DNA from: Bdellovibrionales bacterium
Lineage (GTDB): Bacteria > Bdellovibrionota > Bdellovibrionia > Bdellovibrionales > UBA1609
Direction: 5' to 3'
DNA: 64,000 nucleotides
Assembly (NCBI GenBank): GCA_965205945.1
Contig: CBDBIB010000003.1
Location: 384,394 to 448,393, forward strand
In this document: piece after piece, positions 52,027 to 61,170 of the stretch
Layout: every line of letters starts with the position of its first letter
Position numbering within the stretch: position 1 is the first letter of the stretch
Program-made: the position numbers and the translations under genes
The notes under the pieces: model-generated
Told to the model about the DNA's origin: nothing
What the model saw: the letters and a program-made list of their open reading frames with translations, nothing else
Database searches by the model: none

Positions 52027-53190
52027 ATGAAATTTAGAGAATTTTTTTTGGTTGCTGCAGAAGAATCAGCAAATCAATATGCTTCTAGGCTAATTGAGGT
52101 TTTTCAAAAAGACTTAAACTTACAGGATGTTAGATTTTCTGGAATTGGGTTTAGTAAATTAAAGGAGAAAAATTTTCATCATGTGTTTAATGCTCAAGAG
52201 CTTTCTGTTATGGGGATTTTAGAGGTCTTAAGAAAATGGAAAACAATTAGAAAAGCATTTGTAATATCTGTTGACTACATTTTAAAAAATAAACCTAATG
52301 CGGTGATTTTAATAGATTTTGGGGGGTTTAATTTAAGATTAGCTGCAGAGATTAAGAAAAAATCACCAGAAACAAAAATCTTGTACTTTATCTCTCCAAA
52401 ACTTTGGGCGTGGGGGTCTAAAAGAGCATTAAAGGTAAAGGCGTTTATTGATGAGATGTATGTAATTCATCCATTTGAAGTGGAGTTTTATAAAAAATGG
52501 GGTGTTAGAGCAAGGTTTGTAGGGCATCCTTTATTACAAGAGTTGCGCTCTAATTTTAGTGACTTATTTTGGGTAAATAGGGAAAAAGAGAAGGAAGGGT
52601 TTTTAAAAAATCAGAGAATTTTAGGGGTGATGCTTGGAAGCCGGCCGTCTGAGATAAGTAGGCATAAGGAGCCTTTTTGTAAAACTATTAGGTTCTTAAA
52701 AGAAAAAAATAAGGATCTTAAAATAGCATTTATTATTCCACCATCAAAGACAAAAGATTTTTTTAAAAAAGAACTAAAAGATTTAAATGTTGAGTATAAA
52801 ATTCTTCAATCAGATGATCCTATGGAAAAAATTGCATTGTGTGATTTATGCTTGGTTGCATCTGGAACAGCAACTCTTCAAGTTGGACTTTTAGGGATTC
52901 CTATGGCAATAGGGTATATAATGAATCCAATAACAATGTTTTTTGCTAAAACTTTTGTTAAGGATGTTAAATATGCAGGTTTAGTTAATATTATTAAAGA
53001 TCAAGAAATTTCTAAAGAATTTTTGCAAGGTGATTTTAAACCTAAAGTTGTAGCAGCGTATTTAAATGATCTTTTGTCAAATAAAGAGTTTTATGAAGAT
53101 ACAAAAAAAGAGCTTTTAACACTTAAAAAAGAGCTTGGTACCCAAAACGTATATGAAAGGTTAAAAGATGAACTTCTTAAGTTTCTTTAG
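52027..53190 (+). CDS. lpxB: Lipid-A-disaccharide synthase
   Basis: SVMGILEV, ID..GFNLRLA, ISPKLWAW, FVGHPL, GSR.SEI, SGTATL. Confidence 0.95.
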   Translation: MKFREFFLVAAEESANQYASRLIEVFQKDLNLQDVRFSGIGFSKLKEKNFHHVFNAQELSVMGILEVLRKWKTIRKAFVISVDYILKNKPNAVILIDFGGFNLRLAAEIKKKSPETKILYFISPKLWAWGSKRALKVKAFIDEMYVIHPFEVEFYKKWGVRARFVGHPLLQELRSNFSDLFWVNREKEKEGFLKNQRILGVMLGSRPSEISRHKEPFCKTIRFLKEKNKDLKIAFIIPPSKTKDFFKKELKDLNVEYKILQSDDPMEKIALCDLCLVASGTATLQVGLLGIPMAIGYIMNPITMFFAKTFVKDVKYAGLVNIIKDQEISKEFLQGDFKPKVVAAYLNDLLSNKEFYEDTKKELLTLKKELGTQNVYERLKDELLKFL

Positions 53191-54172
53191 AATAGTTTTT
53201 TTACCAATCTTGTTGTTGTTATCAATTGTATATGGATTGATGGCTTTTATTTTTAATGTGTTAATGTCATTTAGACAAGTTAAGTTGTCTGGTCCTGTTA
53301 TTTCAGTAGGGAATTTTTGTGTTGGAGGTAGCGGGAAAACGCCCATAGTTGGAGAACTGATTCAGTGGCTAGATAAAAATAATTATACACCTATAGTGAT
53401 TTTAAAAAGTTATAAAAGCTTTTTAAAATCACCATTAGAAGTTTTTATTGGAGCGGATTTTTTAAAATTTGGAGATGAGGCAGTAGCTTTAAAGCAAAAT
53501 TTTAAAGATGTGCGTGTTTTTTCAGGCCCAATAAAATTTAAAACTGCACTTTATGCCGATGAAAGGGTTGATAAAAAAAATAAAAATATTTTTATTATAG
53601 ATGACGGAGCTCAACATAATAGAATTAGAAAAGATATTAAAATTCATATTTGGGATTTAAGCAGACCACTAATAGATATCCTACCATTTCCTCTTGGGGC
53701 ATCTAGAGAGTTTTGGTTTTTAGGGGAACGACCGGATCTAAGCATTTTAAATAGATCAAGAGGAACTTTAAAAGAAAAATTAATAGGGTTATTGATTTAT
53801 GGTAAGAAAATAAAATCACTTTATAAAGTTAACAATATTGTAAATGCAGAAAGTTTTTTAAATTTAAATAAAGACTTTAATTTAATTAGTGGTATTGGAA
53901 ATTTTGAGCAATTTTTAAGTGCTGTCAAAGTGTTTTTAGAAGGAGAAACTTATTCTTTAATAAAGAAGATTAAGGGAAGTGATCATGATGATTTTAAATG
54001 GTTTAGGGCTGAACAGAATATAAATTATGTGTGCACTCAAAAAGACTTAGTTAAGTTAAAAAATATAGTTGAGCCAGAAAATTTGTTTGTTGTTAGAAGT
54101 GAATTTTCTAAAGATTTTAAAAAAGAGTTTTCAAAAGTTTTAGAAAAAATTCTTTTAAAGAAGATTTTATGA
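53168..54172 (+). CDS. lpxK: Tetraacyldisaccharide 4'-kinase
   Basis: VISVGN..VGGSGKTP, GDEA, DDGAQH, PLG..RE, TQKD.VKL. Confidence 0.88.
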   Translation: MNFLSFFRIVFLPILLLLSIVYGLMAFIFNVLMSFRQVKLSGPVISVGNFCVGGSGKTPIVGELIQWLDKNNYTPIVILKSYKSFLKSPLEVFIGADFLKFGDEAVALKQNFKDVRVFSGPIKFKTALYADERVDKKNKNIFIIDDGAQHNRIRKDIKIHIWDLSRPLIDILPFPLGASREFWFLGERPDLSILNRSRGTLKEKLIGLLIYGKKIKSLYKVNNIVNAESFLNLNKDFNLISGIGNFEQFLSAVKVFLEGETYSLIKKIKGSDHDDFKWFRAEQNINYVCTQKDLVKLKNIVEPENLFVVRSEFSKDFKKEFSKVLEKILLKKIL

Positions 54173-55101
54173 ATAAAGTATTTATAATATTTATTCTATG
54201 TTTAACCTCATGTAACTTGCTACTTAAAAAAAATAGTATCTTTGTAAAAGATTCTGTTTTTTTAAGTCAAGGACATAATATTAAAGAATATAAGCCGCGT
54301 GTTAATAAGAAATTTAGTGAAAAAAACTTAAATGTGAAGGGGCTTAAAAAAGAAACTTTTAAACAAATGGTAAAAAATAATGATGAAAAAATTTTTAAAG
54401 ATGAATTTCCTTTTAAAGTTGGAGAAGAGGTGGTGTTATTAGCTACATATTTTGGTGTTAAGGCTGGTAAAATTTTAATTGGTGTTAATAGTTTTAAGAG
54501 TTTTGAGGGTAAAAAACAATATCATTTTTATGCTTATGGGCGAACATCCTCAATATTTTCAGTATTTTATAAGGTAAAAAATAAAATTGAAGCTTTATGG
54601 GATCCTGTACTTAAGAAACCAAAGTCACTGGCACTTAATGCTGTTGAAAGTAAGCAAAAGTATAAGACTCGAGTATATTTTGATTGGTTAAATAAAAAGG
54701 GTGATTTTTTAAAAGAGGGTTGGAAGAAAAAAAAAGGCAATTATAAAATTCATAAGAAATGGGTACTGCAAAGATCTGCTCAGGATATCTTATCAACAGT
54801 TTTTTATATTAGAGCTCTTCCTCTTATAGTTGGTAAAGAGTATAAACTTGCAGTTATGAAAGAAAATAAAATTATAGATGTTTATTTTAAAGTAGATAGG
54901 AAAGAAATTTTAAACACCCGTGTAGGTAAAATAAATGCTCTTGTATTAAAACCAAGATTTTCTGTAAAAGGAAAGTTTAATAAGGTTGGTGATATTTCAG
55001 TTTGGCTTTCAGATGATTCTTATAGACAAATTATTCGCATTGAATCTAGAATTAAAATTGGCACTATAGTAGCAAAACTACATTCGCGCAAAATACCATA
55101 G
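54169..55101 (+). CDS. DUF3108-like lipoprotein
   Basis: PFKVGE.....TYFGVKAG, QDILS.VFY.R, VWLSDD..R...RI. Confidence 0.7.
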   Translation: MNKVFIIFILCLTSCNLLLKKNSIFVKDSVFLSQGHNIKEYKPRVNKKFSEKNLNVKGLKKETFKQMVKNNDEKIFKDEFPFKVGEEVVLLATYFGVKAGKILIGVNSFKSFEGKKQYHFYAYGRTSSIFSVFYKVKNKIEALWDPVLKKPKSLALNAVESKQKYKTRVYFDWLNKKGDFLKEGWKKKKGNYKIHKKWVLQRSAQDILSTVFYIRALPLIVGKEYKLAVMKENKIIDVYFKVDRKEILNTRVGKINALVLKPRFSVKGKFNKVGDISVWLSDDSYRQIIRIESRIKIGTIVAKLHSRKIP

Positions 55102-55527
55102 TAGGCCTGCTTTATATTTAATTTTATTCTTTGATCACTCCTTTCTTTTAGTTTTATAAGAGAATGGGGTTTTAAGATGAGTTTTAACTTTTGTAACTAA
55201 ATTTATAGATCTGTTTTAAGCTTAATCTTAAATGCCTAAAACAACCCTATTAAAGTTTATGGTTTATTCCCTTTAAATTTAGTTGTGGTATTTAAACTCT
55301 AAGACCATAAGTGTATTTTTAGTGATTATTTATATGCCTTAAGCTAATTAGCGTCATTTTAAATTTTTACGCAGAATCCATACTTTAATCCTCATATTTT
55401 TAGTTTTAAACCTTAATAAAGGAAGCAGTCTGTAAAAGAAATCTACATTTTTAAAAGAAACGTTGGGTTAAAATAAAACATCACCTTTATTTTAAATATT
55501 CTAGTTAGAATTTTTATTAAAAACACT

Positions 55528-55555
55528 TTAATTTAGATAAGTATTGGGCCGAATA
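55528..55555 (+). promoter_or_regulatory. Putative sigma28-type promoter 8 nt before the ATG
   Basis: TTAA-N16-GCCGAATA-N8-ATG (55564). Confidence 0.5.
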
Positions 55556-55563
55556 GGACGAGT

Positions 55564-56643
55564 ATGAAAAATTTAGAATATAGATTATCAGGAATGATTT
55601 TTTTGATGCTGTTTTTATTTTCTAGCTGTTCTCAGATAGAATTTTTAGGAGAAAACACTTTAAAATCAACTCCGAGTCCTTTGATTAAAGAGCGTCTTGT
55701 AAGTTTTTCTCAAAGTGTAGATCAGCAGGCAATAGAAAAAGTTGTAGATATCTTAGTCGTAGTCGATAATTCAACTAGCATGAGAGAAGATCAGGAAAAA
55801 CTTTCTAGAGGGTTTGAAAGTTTTGTATCTTCTATATCAAACGCAAACTATAGAATAGGTGTTGTTACGACAGATACAGATTCTGAAAATACAGAAAATA
55901 CAGAAGGATATCATGGAAATCTTGCTATAATAGAAGCCACAGGAAAAAGATTTATCGAAAAATCAGATGCTAATCCAAGCCAACTTTTTTCTGAATTGAT
56001 TAAAAGAGATGAAACTACTGACTGTGGTTCATTTTGGAATGTTAGGTGCGCTTCTAGTCATGAAAGGCCCTTATATGCTATTAAAATGGCTATAGATAAA
56101 AGAAATACTGTGAATAGCGGGTTTTTTAGAGAAGGTGCTGATATAGGAGTTGTTATTATTACAGATGAGGATGAGACAAATTTTTCTAATGGAACTTATT
56201 ATTCAGCTCAAGATCTTTTTGCTTATTTTGAAAATGAATTTAAAGGTTCTAAGAAAATAAACGCCTTTACTATTGCAATACTTCAGGATGATTCTACCTG
56301 CTATGAATCACAGGCTGATGAGGTTCAGGATAGAGCATCCGTAAGTTATGGTGTAAGAATAGGAGAACTTGCAGTGCTAACTGGCGGTTTCTCTGTGAGT
56401 ATTTGTGATGAAAATTTTAGTTCAAGCTTAAACCTAATAAGTAACTATATGGAGAAAAACCTTCTTCCATTAAAAATTAAAGTTCCAAAAACTATAGTAT
56501 TAAAAAGTATTAATCTTTTAATTACAGAGCTTAATGGAGATATATTTGAAACAAATTATATTATTGAAAATCATGTGCTTAGAATTTCTCCGATGCCTCC
56601 AGAAGGGGCTCAAATAGACTTAGAGTATAGTTTTAAACTCTAG
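55564..56643 (+). CDS. vWA-domain lipoprotein
   Basis: Lipobox FSSC, VDILVVVDNSTSM MIDAS, IGVVTTD, IITDEDE, SICD. Paralogous to the C-terminal half of 9829..11547. Confidence 0.85.
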   Translation: MKNLEYRLSGMIFLMLFLFSSCSQIEFLGENTLKSTPSPLIKERLVSFSQSVDQQAIEKVVDILVVVDNSTSMREDQEKLSRGFESFVSSISNANYRIGVVTTDTDSENTENTEGYHGNLAIIEATGKRFIEKSDANPSQLFSELIKRDETTDCGSFWNVRCASSHERPLYAIKMAIDKRNTVNSGFFREGADIGVVIITDEDETNFSNGTYYSAQDLFAYFENEFKGSKKINAFTIAILQDDSTCYESQADEVQDRASVSYGVRIGELAVLTGGFSVSICDENFSSSLNLISNYMEKNLLPLKIKVPKTIVLKSINLLITELNGDIFETNYIIENHVLRISPMPPEGAQIDLEYSFKL

Positions 56644-56859
56644 TTATTGCTGTGTAGTTTTTAAAAACTTTTTTTGCCGATGAGTTAAAAAACAACTAAA
56701 TCTTAGAAAAGGTTTAAGGTGATTTATTTAAAATTTAAGCTTTTAAATAAATCTAAATTCTAGATTGTATCATTTAAAAAGGAGTGCTTAAATTTTTTTC
56801 ACAATCTTTAATGAGAGCTTAAATAAAACTAAAGTTTAGCCTTAGGCCTAGGGTAAGCG

Positions 56860-58272
56860 TTACTGGTAGTCTTTTACATTAATTCCATATTTTTTTATTT
56901 TTCTAAGGAGTGTATTTTTAGGAATATTTGCTGAAGCAACAGTTTTATTGATGCGACCACTATGGGTTTTTAAAGCTTGAATAATAAACTGTTTTTCTGA
57001 TTCTTCTTTAAAACTTTCAAAATCTAAAGGCCCATCAATATCTCCAGTTCGTGTGTTTTTTAAATGATTGGGTTTTTGAGGAATTTGATTAATTGCTCCT
57101 GGTAGACTTGCTGTAGTGATTTGATCGGATTTTTCAACAATAAAAGCATGTTCAATAGCGCTCTCAAGTTCACGAATATTTCCATTCCAAGAGTGCATTT
57201 TTAAAAGTTCTAGAGCTGATTTAGATAATGTTGTGATGTTTCTACTATGAATTTTATTAAACAGTTTGATAAAAAATAAAGAGAGCATTTCTAAATCTTC
57301 TAATCGTTCTCTTAATGGAGGAAGAAATATGGGCATAATATTTAATCTATAAAAAAGATCTTCACGGTAGTTGCCCTCATCAATCATTTTTTCAAGGTTT
57401 TGATTTGTACTTGAGATGACTCGAGCATTTGTTTTGATCTCACGGCTTGATCCAATGGGAGTAAAAGTTTTTTCTTGTAAAACATGTAAAAGTTTAATTT
57501 GAAGATCAGGCTTAAGGTTTCCTACATCGTCAAGAAAAAGAGTGCCATTATTGGCTTCTTGTAAAATGCCAATTTTTCTTTGAATGGCCTCTTTAAAGGC
57601 TCCTTTTTCATGTCCGAAAAGTTTAATTTCTAACTCTGAGTTATTGTGCGCGGTGCAGTCAAACTTAATAAATTTTCCACTTTTTCTAGATGAGTTATGG
57701 TGAATAGCTTTGGCTACAAGTTCTTTACCTGTTCCATGCTCTCCCCTGATAAGTACCGTGGTGTCTACTTTTGATAAACGATACACAAGATCAAAAACTT
57801 CACGCATTTTTTTTGAAGATCCGATAATTTCAGAATCAATATCATCATCAAAAATAGGGGCTGAAACAGCAAGATCAGAAACCATTCTTTTTGCAGTGAT
57901 TCCTTCGTTTAAAATTTTAAGAATAGAGTTTGAATCAACAGGTTTTGTTAGGTAGTCATAAGCACCATCCTTGATGGCACTAATTGCGTCTTGTAAATTA
58001 CCATGAGCTGTTAAAATTATGATCATAATCCTAGGATCTAAAGATTTTATTTTTGCAAGAGTTTTAAGCCCACTCATTCCAGGCATATGAACATCCATAA
58101 AAATAAAATCAAAATCTTCCTGATCAACTAAACGCAATGCTGACTCACCATCGGCAGCCTCTTTAATTAAGACTGGTTGTAATAAATTTTCTTTAATCAC
58201 AGCTGAAATAGATTGTCTAAGTTCAGCTTCATCATCAACAATAAGGATATTTAAAAACTTTTGATCAATCAT
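56860..58272 (-). CDS. NtrC-like response regulator (REC-AAA+-HTH), atypical
   Basis: REC (VDDE, MDVHMPG, KP), GEHGTGKELVA, REDLFYRL, WNGNIRELE, Fis-type HTH. GAFTGA is replaced by GAFKEA. Confidence 0.92.
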   Translation of the reverse strand: MIDQKFLNILIVDDEAELRQSISAVIKENLLQPVLIKEAADGESALRLVDQEDFDFIFMDVHMPGMSGLKTLAKIKSLDPRIMIIILTAHGNLQDAISAIKDGAYDYLTKPVDSNSILKILNEGITAKRMVSDLAVSAPIFDDDIDSEIIGSSKKMREVFDLVYRLSKVDTTVLIRGEHGTGKELVAKAIHHNSSRKSGKFIKFDCTAHNNSELEIKLFGHEKGAFKEAIQRKIGILQEANNGTLFLDDVGNLKPDLQIKLLHVLQEKTFTPIGSSREIKTNARVISSTNQNLEKMIDEGNYREDLFYRLNIMPIFLPPLRERLEDLEMLSLFFIKLFNKIHSRNITTLSKSALELLKMHSWNGNIRELESAIEHAFIVEKSDQITTASLPGAINQIPQKPNHLKNTRTGDIDGPLDFESFKEESEKQFIIQALKTHSGRINKTVASANIPKNTLLRKIKKYGINVKDYQ

Positions 58273-60149
58273 TAAGAATTCTCACTTTCTTTTTTTTGCT
58301 CATAACGGAGCGTTATTTTAAAAGAGGTTCCTTTATTTTTTAGGCTTTGCATTTCCACAGTACCATCATGTATTTCAATGAAATATCTGACAAGGTAGAG
58401 CCCTAAACCGGTTCCTTTTTTGTTTGAGGTGTTATTTTTTGACCTATAGAATTTTTCAAATATAACTGAATGTTCTTTTTCAGGTACACCAGGCCCATTA
58501 TCTGAGAAAGTTATGCAAACAGTGTCTTTAGCATCGGAAGAGACAATTTCTAAAGTAGACCCATTAGGGCAGTATTTAATACTGTTGTCTATGATATTTA
58601 TAAAAACTTCTTTTATTAAATTAGAATCGATATCAATTGAAAAAAGTGGCTCTTCTTTAAAAATAATATTAATATTTTTTTGAGCGGCTAGAGGAGAAAG
58701 AAGGTTAATGCATTCTTTAATGAGTTCATTAATGTCTTGTGGAATAAAGTTTAAGTTGAATTTACCCGCCTCAATTCGTGTAACTTGTAAAATAGACTGT
58801 ATGTATCGATCTAGCTCTTTGGTTTCATTCTGTATTTTCTTAATTTCATTATGTATATATTTTTCGGGAAAATCACTTTTTCGTAGGATCTTATCAGAAA
58901 CAGCATGAATTTTAGCTAGTGGAGTTTTTAAATCATGACTAAACAAACTTACAAAGTTATTTTTAAGCTCATTTATTTCTCTAGAAGATTCTTCTTTTTT
59001 CTGTGATTTCCATGCAGAGTGCTCTGATTCAGATAAGAGGTGATTCATTAAAATAATATATGAGAAAAAAACAATTGCAACAGGACTAAGAATAGGAAGC
59101 CATACATTATAGATATCAAATAATATTATAGAGGCTGAAATTAATATAGTTGAGAGCAGCATTAAGCAAGAAACTGCTAACCCTTGTCTAAAATTATGTA
59201 AAATTACAAAACAAATAATTGTAATTATTAAAAGGTAGAGTATATAGATTAAACTAGAAAATGACTTGATCCAAAGAGAATTTAATAAATTATCAACTAT
59301 ATTTGCCTGGTACTCAGAACGAGTTAAAACACCGACAGGTGTATTTACAAAATGGGCGTTTCTTCTTGCATCAGACCCAATGATAACAATTTTTTTATTA
59401 AAATAATTTTTAGGTAATTTTTTTGAAAACAAATCTTTTAAACTAATAGTGGTGTATGTTTGAGAAGGGCCTCGGTAGTTAATAAAAAGTTTAAAAGTAT
59501 TATTAAAATAATTAGTTGAATTGCTCTTATAATTTGAGGCAATTTTATCAGGAAGATCTTGTAATTGAATTATGTTTGTACTTTTAAAATATCTGCGCGC
59601 AACATTATCGTACTCTGTATAAATATATCCAGAGCCAATATTAAGCAAGGATCGTTCAGACTGCTGGCCTTTTTCAATGGTATTGATTGCAAATCTTGAA
59701 CTTCTAAAGCCAAGGCGATCATCTATTTCAGCTCGCCAGATTACGTTTTTAAGTTTTTTAAAGTAGCGCTCATGTCTTAAAGACATAGGAACAGAGCGGT
59801 CAAAGAAAAGATCGACACAGATGACTAAAGGGTTGTCTGCTTGCAGGTGTTGGAGCATTTTTTTCCATATGGGGGTGGACCAAAAATATGAGTCTGAAAG
59901 AGGCCTTGCAGATCTAAGCATAGAGGAGTAGCCGGGGCTTGAGGCTTGATCCCAATGAGTTTTATTTAAATTAATAATGATTATTTTAGGGTGAGTGGGC
60001 TGGGCAGATCTAAGCTTAAAGCGTAAATCAAAGCCCTTTTGTTCATCATAGTTGAATACAAAAAGGCCTAGAAGCCAAACAATAATAAGCCTGATGATGA
60101 CTTGTCGCTGGGAGATGAAATAAAAGAGTATTTTTTGAAAGTGCTTCAC
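58272..60149 (-). CDS. CHASE2-domain sensor histidine kinase
   Basis: CHASE2-like region (INYRG, KIVIIG, TPVG), 3 TM helices, SHDLKTPL, N..KY, DNGPG, GTGLGL. Confidence 0.92.
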   Translation of the reverse strand: MKHFQKILFYFISQRQVIIRLIIVWLLGLFVFNYDEQKGFDLRFKLRSAQPTHPKIIIINLNKTHWDQASSPGYSSMLRSARPLSDSYFWSTPIWKKMLQHLQADNPLVICVDLFFDRSVPMSLRHERYFKKLKNVIWRAEIDDRLGFRSSRFAINTIEKGQQSERSLLNIGSGYIYTEYDNVARRYFKSTNIIQLQDLPDKIASNYKSNSTNYFNNTFKLFINYRGPSQTYTTISLKDLFSKKLPKNYFNKKIVIIGSDARRNAHFVNTPVGVLTRSEYQANIVDNLLNSLWIKSFSSLIYILYLLIITIICFVILHNFRQGLAVSCLMLLSTILISASIILFDIYNVWLPILSPVAIVFFSYIILMNHLLSESEHSAWKSQKKEESSREINELKNNFVSLFSHDLKTPLAKIHAVSDKILRKSDFPEKYIHNEIKKIQNETKELDRYIQSILQVTRIEAGKFNLNFIPQDINELIKECINLLSPLAAQKNINIIFKEEPLFSIDIDSNLIKEVFINIIDNSIKYCPNGSTLEIVSSDAKDTVCITFSDNGPGVPEKEHSVIFEKFYRSKNNTSNKKGTGLGLYLVRYFIEIHDGTVEMQSLKNKGTSFKITLRYEQKKESENS

Positions 60150-60211
60150 TAACGCTATGTAGCAACTTTAGGTTCAAAGTTCAATCAATTGAGTGGTATA
60201 TACTCAACTTA

Positions 60212-61138
60212 ATGAGTGAAATTAATATAGAAGGGCGTTTAAATAGCTTTAAAATTGGAGCCTTGGCCCTTGGAAATTTTGACGGAGTACATTTGGGGCA
60301 TAGAGAGTTGATTAGAGTGTGTGTAGAGCGTTCTAATAAATTAGGCCTAGAGTCAGGGCTTTTAACATTTGCTCCCCATCCAAGAGCATTTTTTAAACCA
60401 GATACATATTCTCGAATTTATGAATTTAAACAAAACATTAGAATCATAAAATCTTTAGGAGTGTTAAAAGTTTTTATAAAAAGATTTGATAAGGAGTGTA
60501 GTGAGTATTCTTCTGCGGAGTTTTTGGATTTTATTTTTAAAAAAATTAAATTTAAAACTCTTGTTGTAGGTTTTGATTTTAAATTTGGAAAAAATAAAAG
60601 CGGTAGCCATGAGAGTCTTTTAAAATGGTGCTTTAAAAACTTTGTTGAACTTAAAGTTGTTGAATGTAGAAAAGATAGTAAACATGAAAAAATATCTAGC
60701 ACTAGTATAAAAAAAAAGTTAAAAAAAGGCCTTATAAGTACAGCTTCAGGGCTGCTTGGAGGAGAGTATTTTCAATCATCCATAGTTTTTCAAGATAAAG
60801 GTTTAGGAAAAAAAATAGGGTTTCCAACTATTAATTTAAAACTAGACCCTAAAATTACAATTCTTCATGGGGTTTATTTAACAGACTGTTTCTTTGCTGG
60901 AAAATTATATAGAGCAATTTCTAATGTAGGCTTTCGTCCAACAGTTTTTTTAAGTGAAGATAGAATGACCCTAGAATCACATATTCTAGATTCAAATTGT
61001 CCAGAAATAAAAAATGGTGACCTGTTTAAAGTGGTTTTTAAAGAGTTTATTAGGAATGAGCAAAAGTTTGCCAATATTGATGAATTAAAAACTCAAATTA
61101 AAGCTGACATTATGCTTGCTAAAAGGTTTTTGGGCTAA
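60212..61138 (+). CDS. ribF: Bifunctional riboflavin kinase / FAD synthetase
   Basis: GNFDGVHLGH, VGFDFKFG, ISSTSIK, IGFPT.N, NVGFRPT, ESHI. Confidence 0.96.
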   Translation: MSEINIEGRLNSFKIGALALGNFDGVHLGHRELIRVCVERSNKLGLESGLLTFAPHPRAFFKPDTYSRIYEFKQNIRIIKSLGVLKVFIKRFDKECSEYSSAEFLDFIFKKIKFKTLVVGFDFKFGKNKSGSHESLLKWCFKNFVELKVVECRKDSKHEKISSTSIKKKLKKGLISTASGLLGGEYFQSSIVFQDKGLGKKIGFPTINLKLDPKITILHGVYLTDCFFAGKLYRAISNVGFRPTVFLSEDRMTLESHILDSNCPEIKNGDLFKVVFKEFIRNEQKFANIDELKTQIKADIMLAKRFLG

Positions 61139-61163
61139 TTTATTTAACTTAAAATCCCGATAT
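61136..61163 (+). promoter_or_regulatory. Putative sigma28-type promoter 7 nt before the pilB ATG
   Basis: TAAT-N16-CCCGATAT-N7-ATG (61171), no SD. Confidence 0.5.
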
Positions 61164-61170
61164 TTAACCT

